Assembly (NCBI GenBank): GCA_030141605.1
Contig: JAQGDQ010000176.1
Span: forward strand, 310,001 to 374,000
DNA length: 64,000 nucleotides
Direction of reading: 5' to 3'
Origin: Tubiluchus corallicola
Taxonomy: Eukaryota > Animalia > Priapulida
A program made the position numbers and the translations under genes. The notes below the pieces were generated by a model that made no database searches, was not told where the DNA came from, and saw nothing but the letters and a program-made list of their open reading frames with translations. Position 1 is the first letter of the stretch. Every line of letters starts with the position of its first letter. Shown here in pieces: positions 1-34,545 of this stretch.

Positions 1-1178
1 AATTAAGTATATAATCGTTAAACTTCATGGGTCTCTTTTTAATCGTCTGTGATCTTCTGACGGAAATTTATAATTTCCATTCTCAGCTTCCATATCAGTA
101 CTAATAGATATGTCAGAAGGGGTCAGAAGTCTGATCTGTCGGAGATGATTGTGTACTTGTCTCATCTCTCCTACTCCGGAATCTCTTTTTCAAACTGTTA
201 AGTGTTAATTTCTCACTACTCACAGCAGCAATTTCGGTGCCAATTTTCAGTACTCCCAATTTTGTTGCAGTTTCCTCACCCAACAATGGAACACCTTCGC
301 CATGGATTACAACAAATTCAGCATCTGTCCATTTTTGACCAGTTTTAACTTCACATGTGAATGTTCCTTTAATCGATAGAGGCTCCTTTGAAGCATAGGT
401 ATACAGCTTTCTTCCAGATGAAGCCACGCATGATTTGTATTTTATTTTATTTCGCTTTAAGTTTTCCCACGTCTTTTCATCAAAAAGATTGCTAGTAGCA
501 CCAGAGTCCACCATTGCCTCCATGTCTACACCACCTGCATTGACAGTTATCATGTTTGTTTTCAGGCGATCTTGTATTACAAAAACATAGTGACAGTTTT
601 CATCATCCGAATCATTTTTCACTTGATTAACATTAGCATATTTGGTCCCAGTTTTATTCAACTTATTTAATTTAGTCTTGCATACCTTGGCAAAATGATC
701 TCTGCCAGCACACTTTTTGCATGTTTGACCTTTGGCTGGCCAATTTGGGTCACGTCCGTAATGATAGAGCGATCCACATCTGTAGCAGGCTCCAGAATTT
801 TTCTTCTTTCCCGGGGAGTTACGTTGTGCAAATTTTTGCGACTTCGCGTAATTATGCTTTTTGCTGCGCACTAGATTGCAACTGTCTTTTTCAGCGGAGT
901 ACCCACTAACGATGTCATCTGAGAGTCAACTTTCTCACATTTATTTGCAATATCTAACACATTAGCAAGCATTAAGTCTTTGTCAGTTTCTAATAACTTA
1001 CGACAAATGTAATCCGAATTACACTTACACAGCACAGCGTCACGAATCTGACTGCCTGAATCACCGCAGAATTTGCAATCACGTGCGGTAGTCCGTAGAC
1101 GAGTAACAAACTGAAGTACGGTCTCTCCTTGTTTCTAGTTTAACTGATGAAAAGTCTGTCGAGCGAATGCTGGACTAA
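1..1178 (-). mobile_element. Degenerate, internally deleted Ty3/gypsy LTR retrotransposon (gag-protease joined to the pol 3' tail)
   Basis: Minus strand 1178-872 reads a gag-like frame (AFARQTFHQLN*KQGETVLQFVTRLRTTARDC...IRDAVL) with an in-frame stop. ORF 113-871 has two CCHC-like knuckles (CYRCGSLYH; CKKCAGRDHFAKVC) and an aspartic protease motif (MVDSGA...LLG). Positions 60-1 read RRSQTIKKRPMKFNDY, resembling a pol/integrase C-terminal tail. No RT/RNaseH core between them. Confidence 0.85.
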
Positions 1179-2633
1179 GTAGACATCTTGTTTTTCTTTT
1201 TACTTTGTCATTTTTGTTATTGTTAACTTTTTTTGTGAAACTGTTATTGATAGTTGTGATAATATGACCTGTTCTGATTTATCTAAACCCACTAAAAAGT
1301 AAATAAAAATGGTAAAAATAATCATAATCTTTTCCTCCATTTCATATGAGATTTGTTGTTGGAATGTTTGAAATCTATGTATGCCATGGTCAACATGGAA
1401 AACCATAATGCCTAAGTAGACCCCCGTAAAACGTAACATCAAGCCTTAGACCCGCTGGTTTTTCAAGTGAGCCGACATTGCAACCTCTCTAAAGACATAT
1501 TAATTATACCTGTGTCGTTGAATTTTTGATTCATATGCCTTGTTGCCCTCTGGAAAATTGTAGGACAACAACTGCCCACGTATATTGCACAACCCTTTTA
1601 TTGTGAATAAAAGATGACGCGACAGGTTAGTCAGATTTGTGGATGAGTTGGGAGGTAAAGAGTTGCACCCTCACCATAAAAATCTACTAGCTCCCAACAA
1701 CATAGATATAGACAATTTGTTTTTCTTTTCTCAAGTACATTATGCAACAAATCAGCAATTACAAATGGGTAAGACATCATGTTAGTGATGCAGAAGAAAG
1801 GGCAGTGAGGGACCATATGGGCCATTGAGTTTACTGCCCCAACTCGTAATAAAATTGATATAGCATAATGCATTAGGGGACACTACTACAGCTTGGTTTA
1901 CAAAATTAACAAATGTGTAAATATATGTTGTTAGGCGCTTCAAAGAGTTAGTATTAGTATTATAAGCTTATTAAAAATATCACATCATTGTGTTTTGCGT
2001 AACTTATTTAAGTTCACTTGATTACTAATTTATTTGTTATTATGAATCCTCACTTAGCTACTTATAATAAGGCAAACTGTCACTAAACTTAGTAGTAGTA
2101 ATGAATTTGATGATGATGATAATTAACGATAATCCATTGTTTTTCTAGTTAGGGGTTTAAAGTTAAAGACAATTTGGGCATTTCATACTGTAACAAATTA
2201 TGCATTTTTATAATATTAATGATGAGATGAGTTTTTTCGGGTATACCTTCCTTACACTTCAGGACTGGGAATATATCACTTTCAAGTAACTTTTGAAAGA
2301 ACTAAATCCATAATACTAGCTAACACTAGGGATGTTAAAAGATACAAATTTGGCAATATGATAACGATACGATATGAACTTTTTTCCGACGATACAGTAA
2401 CGATAAAGTATTTTATAGACGACACGATACGATACAATAAATTAGTTTGAACGATAAAAAAAGATACTAAAGTTAAATAATTTATGCAGTTTATTAAACA
2501 AGTTAAACAACAGAAATAAATCATTAATAATTGAAATTATTAAGTGCTTCCATGTGTTCTGTGCTGTATACTTAAATGGCTGCTAGTTATGAAACACAAC
2601 ATTATGAAATACAATAAAAACGTAAATTGATAA

Positions 2634-3330
2634 TTGTGTTGCTCCGGAATCCATTTCGTATCGGAAAATCATGATGTTCATGAGATTTTGCAACTATTTG
2701 TATCTGATATTGTCTGGTAGTTGCGAAAATTTGATATTTGCAAATATTCGCTATCCGGTTTTTGTAATATACTATTAAAGACGGTTTTCAAATAATTCAA
2801 CAGTCGAAAATAAATAAATAATATACTAACTGAAAAAAACTTGGCGATCGTTTTAGGCTACGTTTGTGTTTGATGGAAATTTTACACACATTTTTTCCTG
2901 TTTGCGTGCAGTAATACATGTGCCTTCGCGTAGTGGGGCACAGCAAATCATCATTTAAAGTGCAGGTGAAGGTATCCTGTAACTGCCAAACTCGATGGAA
3001 CTGAATTACAACATAGATTTAATTACAAATAAATACATTTATGAATAAAAATATCCAAGTAGTTAAGTATAGTAAAATCTTCTTGTTTCTCATTGAGTTA
3101 CTTATTTATTCTTCTTTCAGATTTTGCTTAATTACTCCTAATGTGTGTTGAAAACACTAAAGCTTTCAAAGAGTTTCTATTTTGCATTATCCAAACTGAT
3201 CCAAATATATTCGATTCAAATTTAGTTAACGTATCCGGTTATCATCCAAATCTGGAAGTCAATTTGAATGAACATTTGATGATATCCGGTATTCACAATC
3301 CGGCAAAAATGTGTATCTGGAGCAACACTA
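2634..3330. mobile_element. hAT-type non-autonomous DNA transposon (MITE)
   Basis: TIRs ttgtgttgctccgga (2634) and tctggagcaacacta (ends 3330). Exact 8-bp TSD ATTGATAA at 2626-2633 and 3331-3338. Internal atccgg sub-repeats. Confidence 0.8.
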
Positions 3331-3563
3331 ATTGATAATAGTATCTAACTACTGATGCAGGTTTATGAATACAATATTTGAAATATTTTGTAAAACTTCA
3401 ATAGTTCTGCATTGTTTACTGTAGTACTAAATTATAATGTAATGTAACCTGTGTACATTTTGAAACATAAACTAAACTAATGTCACGGTGCTATTTCCCA
3501 CATTTTGAGTGATCCATAGTTTTCTGTGCTTCAGCACGCATTTTCTGATTGAATCAGCACACG

Positions 3564-25730
<22,167 letters not shown>

Positions 25731-27280
25731 TAGCATATACTTTCTCAGTAGAATTTTTCTTTATTCAATATTCATTTACAAATCAACTGTACAGCATTGC
25801 TTTTGTGACATTTTAAACATAATAAACTGAGCACATATGAAATACACTAAGAAGACTTTTAAATTTCTTTGTCAGAATCTACTTTTATAAGTGCTAAACA
25901 GTTTTTTCACAGATAAATCTTAGCTCTGTAGTGCATGGAACATCATTTAGGGCCCAGGTATTCTCGCCGTATTTTTCCCTAAATTCAGCACAGTGCTCAC
26001 TGTCCAAATAATTATCGGGCTGTCCATCTTCAAATCTAGGATGTGACAATTTTTGCCGAATTCCACCAGGTAAACATTCCTTCCTGGGCCAAGTCATTTG
26101 CACCTGTCCAGTAGCGAGCTGAAATTTGAAGTAGAGATAAATAACTAATCCATCATAAAACTACCTCAGGATACAGTTACCAGTTCTAATTGAGTGGAAG
26201 AGAAAGACAGAGATTACATATACACCACCTTTATCCGTACTTTTAATTGTACAGGTTGAGTTAGTTGATTAAGTATTTACCAACAATAACTTATCAGCCA
26301 GTGGGCAGTCAAAAAGCGAGGATAACTGCTTTGGAGCCTTAATGATATAAAATTTGCTATCACCTTTTACCATGCTTATAATTTTGTATCTGCATTATAA
26401 TTTATGATAGATCATTGTTATTAGTTCTTGGAAACATGTGAAACAAATGTAATAATAATAATAAATAGAATTATTATATACTTGATTGGGCAATGTCATC
26501 AAAACTCCTCAGAAGAAAACTATCTTCGTTAACATTATCTATTTCCACAAGCCAGGAGTTTTTTGCTTGGCATGTTTGTGCTGCAGCAAACCAGTTCCTC
26601 GCCTCTGAACTAAAGAAGTAACAGCTTCGTTCACGCCTACTCCAGCCATTTGGACATTGATCATACGGTGGATTAGCTTTCGTTGGTACTATACCTGTAA
26701 ATTTATTTATACAGCAAGTCCTCGCTTAATGTTTAGCGATGTTTTGTTTAAACGAAGCTAAACATTTGACACCTTTTTTCACTTAACGATGCACATTTCA
26801 TTTTAACGACGATTTTTTTTACTCTGCTGAAAGCCAATTTTTATTTATCAACAACTTGTTACTTAATTTGAAGCATTAACATGGTGCGTATTGCATTACT
26901 TTGTTTTAAAAGTGCATTAGTAACATACACAGTGCAATTATTATACACGTTTCTATCAAGCCAGACCTGTGAACGAACTTTGTGCAAAGGAATACTACCT
27001 GCAACCTGTTCCTATAGCAAACAGACTAAGTAGTAAAGTGCTCCGGCACGATAAAATTTTCAAGGTCGCCTCATGCAGCGCTTGGCTTTGCAGTGTTAAT
27101 TGTTTAATGGCTTAAACCTTAATGAAAGAGAAACTGCCAGCCAGGTACGTATTGGTAAGAAAGATTAGTGGTTTCAAGCAAGCAGAAAGAAATTAATTAG
27201 TAGAAAACATAAATAAACTCATAAAAAGTTTAATTTATATGATTTAAGCACCATTTATTTTTGCCTCTGGAATGTATCTC

Positions 27281-30200
27281 AATTCTATCCCATAATGCAG
27301 CACAAGAAACAATACGAGATGTGCGAATGTTCTGGAAAACGGGAATGTTCTGGGCATCTTTAATAATTTGGCGAAAGAGAGCAAAACTTGTAATGTTTTA
27401 TGGCAGAAAGTGCAAAAACCTATTATTAAGGGCTTAATTATGCTAGTTCAATTAAAAAGCATGTGGCTCCAGCATTCACAACCTGACTCTAAGGAGTCCT
27501 CTAAAATGCTTTCGGATGCTATAGCAGACGATTCGCACAAGTTGGACCTTCGAAGAAGGTCGCTAATGAAGGATTTATTGAAACCCGAATTCAGAAGCCT
27601 GGGAAGTGAAAATAACCCAGTAACTGAACTCCTTTTCGGTTCAGAACTAGATAAATCGGTGGATGAAGCCAGAAAGCCAAATAAAATAGTTTCCACAATT
27701 GAAGGCAGAGAGCGACCTTTCAGTTCTTTGTTCTCCAGTGCTAGGCCAAGAGCTCAGTTTAAATTTCCTCCTTTTGCTCAGGGCCCTTTTTAGGCCCAAA
27801 CCTCAGAGTCAGATTCCAACCACTGGGCACGACAGCGGAATTGGAACTCCAAGCAAGACGACGAGCAATACAGAAACCGCCAGCGCATCGTAGTGCTTAA
27901 AGGAAACTGGCTCAAACAAAGTAATTTCATACACTGGTATTTTGGACTCAGAAATGAGTATCAATAAAGAGTATAGTGACACTGAAAATTTTCAGCTGGT
28001 AACGTTAGGCATTGCTTACCTGAGGGGCAAAAAAATTACATTTGACAAAATTATTTTAGACATTGTCAGGGGGTATAAATTGGAATTCCTTCCAGCTCCA
28101 CAGCAGCTTACTGAACCACAAAACCAGTTCTCACATTTTGAAAAACTTGCAGTTGGTCAAGAAATTGAAAAATTGTTAGCCAAAAAAGCAGTTGTGCGAT
28201 CAAAAAATAAACAAGGCCAATTTGTGTCACCCATATCACTCTGCCCTAAAAAGAATGGAGGTTTCAGAATGATTCTGAATCTAAAATATCTAAATGAGTA
28301 TGTGATAAATAAACACTTTCAGATGGATTCTCTTTAATCGTGTAATTCTCTTTACACGTATATCGTGTAATTTTACCAGAAATTCTTGAAGTTTAAATTG
28401 GAGGGAGCTTTGTTTAAATTTACAGCTTTGCCAAATGATCTGGCTTCAGCACCTAGAGTGTTTACAATGTTGCTAAAACTGATTCTGGCTGCCCTTCAGG
28501 GAAACAATCATATATCTTGTTCGTATTCAGATGACATTTTTCTAGTAGGGGATAAAAAATAGCAATCTGCAGTAATGTAAAGTAATCATTATCACTGTTT
28601 TCAAGATTAGGATTTTTTATTAATGCAGAAAAATCTATGACTAAGCCTAGTCAGTGCACTGAGCATCTTGGTTATTTTTGAATTCTGCAGAAATGACAAT
28701 TAGCTTGACCAATGGAAAGCAGTGCCGTCTTCAAAAACTCGCTAAGCAGTTGCTTAATTCTAGCAACCCTTCCATCAGGGAGGTAGCCAAAGTTATTGGT
28801 ACAATAGTTTCTTGTTTTCCAGCGGTCAAATTTGGACAGTTACACTATAGGACATTAGAGATTGACAAATCTCGTGCATTACAATTGAATGCTGGAAATT
28901 TTGACAAGAGAATGCAATTATCTGTCCAGTCTAGACAGCGCTTAAAATGGTGGATTTCTTATGCAAATCTTTTAAAACAAACTATTATTATTGATAATCC
29001 AACCATTATAATAAAAACAGATGCCTCTTGTAAAGGTTTGTGTGCCTTTAGAGAAGGTTTTGAACCTACTGCTGGTTCGTGGGCAGATACTGACCTTTTT
29101 CAGCATATTAATTATCTAGAACTGCATTCAAAGCATGGGGGGAACTCATAGTTTGAATTGTAATCAAGTGGCCACTGACATCTGGCAGTGGTGTCAGGAC
29201 AATAATATTTGTCTATCTGCTACCTACATCCTGGGAGACCTAATATTGAAGCTGATAAAGCTAGCAGAATATTTAGTGATGAGACCGAATGGCAGTTAAA
29301 TCTCCGTATTTTTATAAAGACATTATAAAAAATTTTGGGAGACCTGATATTTACATGTTTGCATCTAGAATAAATATACAAATTACCCCATATGTATCAT
29401 GGCAGGCTGATCCTGAAGCATACTCTGTAGATGCACTACTTTAGACTGAAGCAGATTTAATCCTCCTTTCAGAATTTTAGCGAAAATTATCAGGAAAATT
29501 TACTGTGACAGGGCAAAAGCTATTGTAGTTGCACCAGCTTGGAAGACTCAAAATTGGTTTCCACGATTACAACATCATCTTCAGTTGGAACCAATGCTAG
29601 TGCCAAGAGGGAAAACTAGCTACAGTTTCCATCAAATCCAGAGATAATTCACCCGTTGAGCCCCAAGTTGAATCTAATGGCCTGTACTTTGTCGGAGAAA
29701 AATTAGCTAAGCAGGGTATCTCTGCTCGTGCAAAACAGATAATTTTGAAATCCTGGAGACCTACCACCAGGAAACAATATAATGTTTATATTGAGAAATG
29801 GATGGATTACGCATGCAAAAACAAATTTGATTTGTCCTGTCCTTCTGTGGCTGATGTGCTTAATTTTTTAACGATGCTGTGCGATGCTGGACTTGGATAT
29901 TCAGCTCTAAATATGGCTAGATCAGCACTCTCGTCAGCTGTTACACTCAGTGATGCATCTTGCACTTTGGGTGAACATCCTCTTGTGCAGCGCTTTATCA
30001 AAGCTGTATATCAACAAAGACCTAGCTTACCCAGATATGATGTCACTTGGAATGTAAAACAAGTTTTAGACTATCTAAAAACTGTTACTACAGCTGAATC
30101 GTTGCCTCTGAAAGAATTAACTAAGAAATAGTAACATTGGTTATGCTCATTACTGGGGTAAGGTGCCAGACTATTAAAACTATGGAAACAGATCAAATAG

Positions 30201-30982
30201 CACTTGGGAAATCTTCCATAAAATGTAATATTAATAACCTGGTAAAACAGTCAGCTCCAGGCAAAAGGCAGCCTCAGCTTCTTCTGCTAGCCTTTCCAGC
30301 AGATAGACTCTTATGTGTTTTCACATACATGAAAGCATATCTAGATAGAACTAGGACAATGAGATCGGATAATGTGCTTGTTATCAGTTTTAACAAACCG
30401 CATAAAGCTCTTACATCCTCTACAATAGCTAGATGGGTAAAAACTGTGTTAGCTAAGGCAGGTATTGACATCAATGTTTTTGCACTTCATCAAGGCTCAT
30501 AGTGTGTGCTGCGCTTCAGTAAGTGCTGCTGCAGCAGCTTGTGAGCCTATAGACAAAATTATGAAAATGGCAGGCTGGTCAAATTGTTCTACTTTTGCAA
30601 AATATTATAACAAATCTGTTTTACCTTCTACTGGGTATGGTGTACGGTCTCTTTGTGAACTATGTTGTTTGCTAATTGAATTTGGATTGTTAGGTTGCAA
30701 TTTATATGCTGCTAATTATTTGATTAGTAATAGTGTATTTGGTTTAATGTTTAACATTATACTTCACTTTCTATAATTCTTGTTATGCAAAATGCCCTCC
30801 CTGATTTCAGTATCCTCTCTCCAAAAATTTTTTCTTTCAATGATTGGCCACATGGGCCTTCTGTGTTAAAGTATGACGTTTTCCAGAACATTTCACACAT
30901 CTCGTTTTTCTCTTGTGCTAAACATTATGGGATAGAATTATCACCAAACTTCACCTTACAGGAAAGGCTTGTTTAATTTACA
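27281..30982 (+). mobile_element. DIRS1-like tyrosine-recombinase retrotransposon, degenerate
   Basis: Inverted terminal repeats at 27281-27341 and 30877-30939 (aattctatcccataatg...tgttctggaaaacg), then a right extension at 30940-30982. Coding remnants: gag (27368-27793), RT (PKKNGGFRMILNLK, FTALPNDLASAPRVFT, YSDD at 28524), RNase H (TDAS), methyltransferase-like (MFASR, NPPF at 29459) and YR (SWRPTTRKQY, TGVR, HSV., GWSN.STF.KYY; 29745-30650). Many stops and frameshifts. Confidence 0.93.
29745..30650 (+). pseudogene. Tyrosine recombinase ORF remnant of the DIRS element
   Basis: Three ORF pieces (29745-30131, 30137-30502, 30465 onward) cover the core-binding and catalytic regions. The H-x-x-R box reads HSVC, so the Arg is lost. 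Confidence 0.85.
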
Positions 30983-33900
30983 AATTCTTTTGCATCACTT
31001 TCTGTGAAAGTTTTGGTTTCGTTTAACAACGTTTCGTTTAATGTCACGTTTTGCTGGACCGCATTTAGACCTTGTAAGTCTTAGTTCGGGTGTACTTACA
31101 CAATTTTTAGCTTTCCACTGTGCAAAAACTTTCAGGATTTTACATTAATTAGCTGCAAGCTAAGTTGAAGATTGTGCAGCCTATAGCCAATCTAGTATGT
31201 CCTAAATCTGAGCTATAAAAGTATTTTTTTCTCAAGAACTAATAATAATAGTACTATTTAACAGAAATAGTTTGATGAACTTCAGATTTTTGGAAGCCCT
31301 AGTAAATTTCCAGGCCAAGCGTAACAGACCTGGATCACTGTTGTTGAATACTAGTACAAAACATCTTGCTAGTTGTGTTCATATGAGTAAACAGTTATAA
31401 AATCAATTTTTTGTCATTACAATGTAACTTTCAACTCTAGCACTATTTTAGCACTATTTCTCAATGGTTAAACTTACGTTCGTACATATCTAGTACCATT
31501 TCCTCAATGGCCTGCAGTCTGAAGAGAGTGAGATCACATGATTCTTCACCAGCACTTGTTTGTTTTATTGTGAGGATGCTCATCAACAAGATGGCAATCA
31601 GTGCTTTACTAACAGCTACCTCCATGGAAACAACTCTTGTTACCTGTAACAACACAGTTCTATTTTGACTAAAATTCTTTTCACTTTCCAGCAATAATTT
31701 ACCAAGCTTATCATACAAACACCTGATTTACAAAAAGGACATTCACACAAGTCTGAGCAGCACCATAAACCTGTGAATGCTGTGAAGTACTGCCAGGTAC
31801 TGATGGCTACCATAGAGACCTGTTTTACAACAATGAATAGGCCCCTACATTTACCTTGACTGGTCAGCACTGCTAAACACACTAATAAGAAGTAATTATA
31901 CATAATTTTGCAGCTGATTGCACAAGGCACAAACCCTGTGTTAGGCTGGCATCATATAGGCTAATTTATGAGGATGTCCTTGTGGGATAGTAAAGTTTTA
32001 CAGGTTGCTCTGCAACAAATTACTAAATACCATATTATCAAATGTAATTTAACAAGTTGTTTTTTTAAGTTAGCTAAGCAAAAATAAGTTCTAATGATTG
32101 GTGACTGTTGGAAAGGTGACAGGAGGTAAATACAACTGATTAATTTTTTAGCTTTAAAAAATGTGATGAAAAAATGATGCAACCAATGAGTCAATGATGA
32201 CCTTTAAGAACTCAGTCATCCTTGAAAATTCCTCTTACGCCCCCTCCGCCATATGCACTTTCTGTAGTTACATTTTACAAAAGTAGGGTATTCTAGTGAA
32301 AACAATGGAAAAACCTGAAATTTCTTATTTCTTCCTAATTATGGAAATAAAATTGTTAAAGCACGGCAGAGGAATTCAATAAAAACATCTCACAAAGGTG
32401 AATGCATTGCTAGGTTTGAAAAGCCTCAATAGCATAACAGAATTGCGCAGGCTTACAGAGTCTTGGCCCCGTACGGTCGCAGACCCAATTTATTTCTTAA
32501 CATGTAAAATTAGATGCGCATTATTTCAGCCTGTATAGGAGAAAAAATTTGAAAAGGGCGAAATTTCACTCAGTAGCCTCCTTCATGCCCAACTAAGTCT
32601 CAAAATCAGTGACAGCCTCATAAAAGACCCAAGAGTGTCACCATCAGAAAACAATGACTTGTTTGAGGCAGATCCTCATCGTGTCATTAATGAACAGGTT
32701 ACCCAGATCTCATGAAGCAGAAGCCAGTCCATTCTACAGGGATTCCGCTTACAAAAAAGCAGGCCACAACATCTATGGTCAGTATCTCTATGTATCCGCA
32801 ATTTCTATGTATTGTGGTTTTCTTTTAATGTGTAAAGTAAGCAAAAGAATATGAAAATAGATCAGACTTACATAGTTAAGTAGCTACTAAACAAATCTCT
32901 CAGTCTCAATTCAAATGACCCAATCATAAGAACAAATATAACATTAATGGTAAATGGTCATTACTAGAGGTTCAACATTAATAATGCCATCTTAATCATT
33001 AACATCTGTGGGCCACTTCGTAGAAAGGAATGTAAAGCTACTCACCAAGCATATATATGTGTCACAATCAAGCAGTTCAATCACTTAATGAAGAAAGGTG
33101 CGAAAGCAAACTCTGATAATTTGCTAGTCTTCAGTAGCATACTATCAATACCTGTAGAAAAAAAGGCGATCAGGAATTGGAAATATTTAGTGAATTATCT
33201 GAAAATGGAATACAAATAATGACAGCCAGGTGACTCTGCTACTTTGCACATGAGTAATTGCTGTACTCAGTAATGCAATGTTACTTACTGATGAAGCTGA
33301 ACTCATTGTCTCAATATAATTTATTATTGAAAAATCCATCAAGTAAGGCATCGAAAAATCCTACAAAGTTGATACAATGCATTCATGTGCTTTTTATGAT
33401 GGTTACACATTGCGTCTCTCCACAATACCTTGTACAAATAATTACTAATGTAGCCAAGACAGTGACTGAGAATTGAAATCTTACAGAGATCATCATATTC
33501 AGAATTATTAGAACTCTTTACAAATCACACTTCAGCTACACCCCAGATCAAGACTTACAGACTGGTTAAAATTAATCGCATTCTGAATTTTTTACTTCGT
33601 TGCATGATTTCAGTCCACGTTCAATGCTTAATGTAAAAACAGGTATGGTGCTTTTGTGAAAGTATTTACATTGTTTACGAAGTTAGTCAATAACGACTAA
33701 ATACAGTTACTATACTGTGCTTGCACTGCTACTTATCAAGTCCTTAAGTAAAATCACAAAATAATGTACGTAATGTTGACAATAATCGTTCTGCTATCAA
33801 AAGAATGTTGTAAGGAAAAAACATGTTTCAAAAGCAGTTAAATAATGCTGTAACAGGTTCATACATACATGTGTATTGAATCAGGTAATTCAGCAGATAT

Positions 33901-34256
33901 AATGTTAGTTACCTTGCTTCACAGAAACAGCTTGACGCAATAGGCAACCATAAATGTAAACTGGAGATGATGACAGGAATGTTATAAAAGTGCCTATAGT
34001 TGGGCAATTGGCATTATACAGTAAATGATTAAAATGTGGAGGAAGAACATGAAAATAGGATGTGGAAAAGACAGAAATGGAAAGCGAATACCCAGTTTCG
34101 GAGAAAAAGCTGCAAATTGGCACATCAAGTTAATAACAATTGTGTAAGGACATTAGTATGGTTTCAGTGTTGATTAAAGTTGTCCACGTAAAGTACTTGC
34201 TCAATAGCCAATAATGGCTGGTGTGCTTTTGCTTGTTTTCTCAGTTTTGCCACATC

Positions 34257-34545
34257 TTTTAAGGGTTTCACATGTCCTCAAGTGACCCAAAACATCTTCA
34301 AAAGCTATCAAAATACATTAATAATGAAAATAAAATAAAGATAATGGGTCTTCACGGGGCACAGTCACCAAAAACTGCACTGACCTACAGGGATAATAAG
34401 ACAGTCATATTTAATAATGCAAAAATGTATGAAAGTCTTCAAGAAGTCACTCGGAGATCAGTAAGATAAGAAGGATACGGTTTTATTGCGAGTACCTTGG
34501 CTAATGTAACCCATAACTTTAAAAGATCATACACCACTTACTTTA
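34257..34545 (+). repeat. ~290-bp dispersed repeat, copy 1 (possible MITE)
   Basis: Aligns with 35302-35590 (gtcctcaagtgacc...gggcacagtcaccaaaaactgcac...ttaaaagatca). Ends gggtt.ca and tgtaacc are roughly inverted. Confidence 0.8.

Larger units (their letters stand above)
26712..31075 (+). mobile_element. Tigger/pogo-like MITE, copy B, interrupted by the DIRS element (parts 26712-27285 and 30983-~31075)
   Basis: Starts TA+cagcaagtcctcgcttaa. Aligns with copy A up to tatctcaattc and resumes after the DIRS at aattcttttgcatcactttctgtg. Confidence 0.8.
25894..31625 (-). pseudogene. Secreted C-type lectin B, paralog of lectin A, frameshifted in its last exon (pseudogene or assembly indel)
   Basis: Exons 31625-31478 (MEVAVSKALIAILLMSILTIKQTSAGEESCDL...MYE), 26694-26482 (QCPNGWSRRERSCYFFSSEARNWFAAAQTCQAKNSWLVEIDN) and 26118-25894 (RYWTGANDLAQEGMFTWWNS / LSHPRFEDGQPDN...HCAE...LNDVPC...FICEK*). 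Same phase-1 introns as lectin A. The frame breaks near 26050-26058. Confidence 0.85.

Noticed and set aside
1200-1900. Short ORFs on both strands upstream of DDX10
   Set aside because: No recognisable domain or consistent exon structure; may be decayed TE sequence.
2327-2470. TAGGGATG start with acgata sub-repeats (hAT-like left end)
   Set aside because: No matching right TIR or TSD found, so it could not be delimited.
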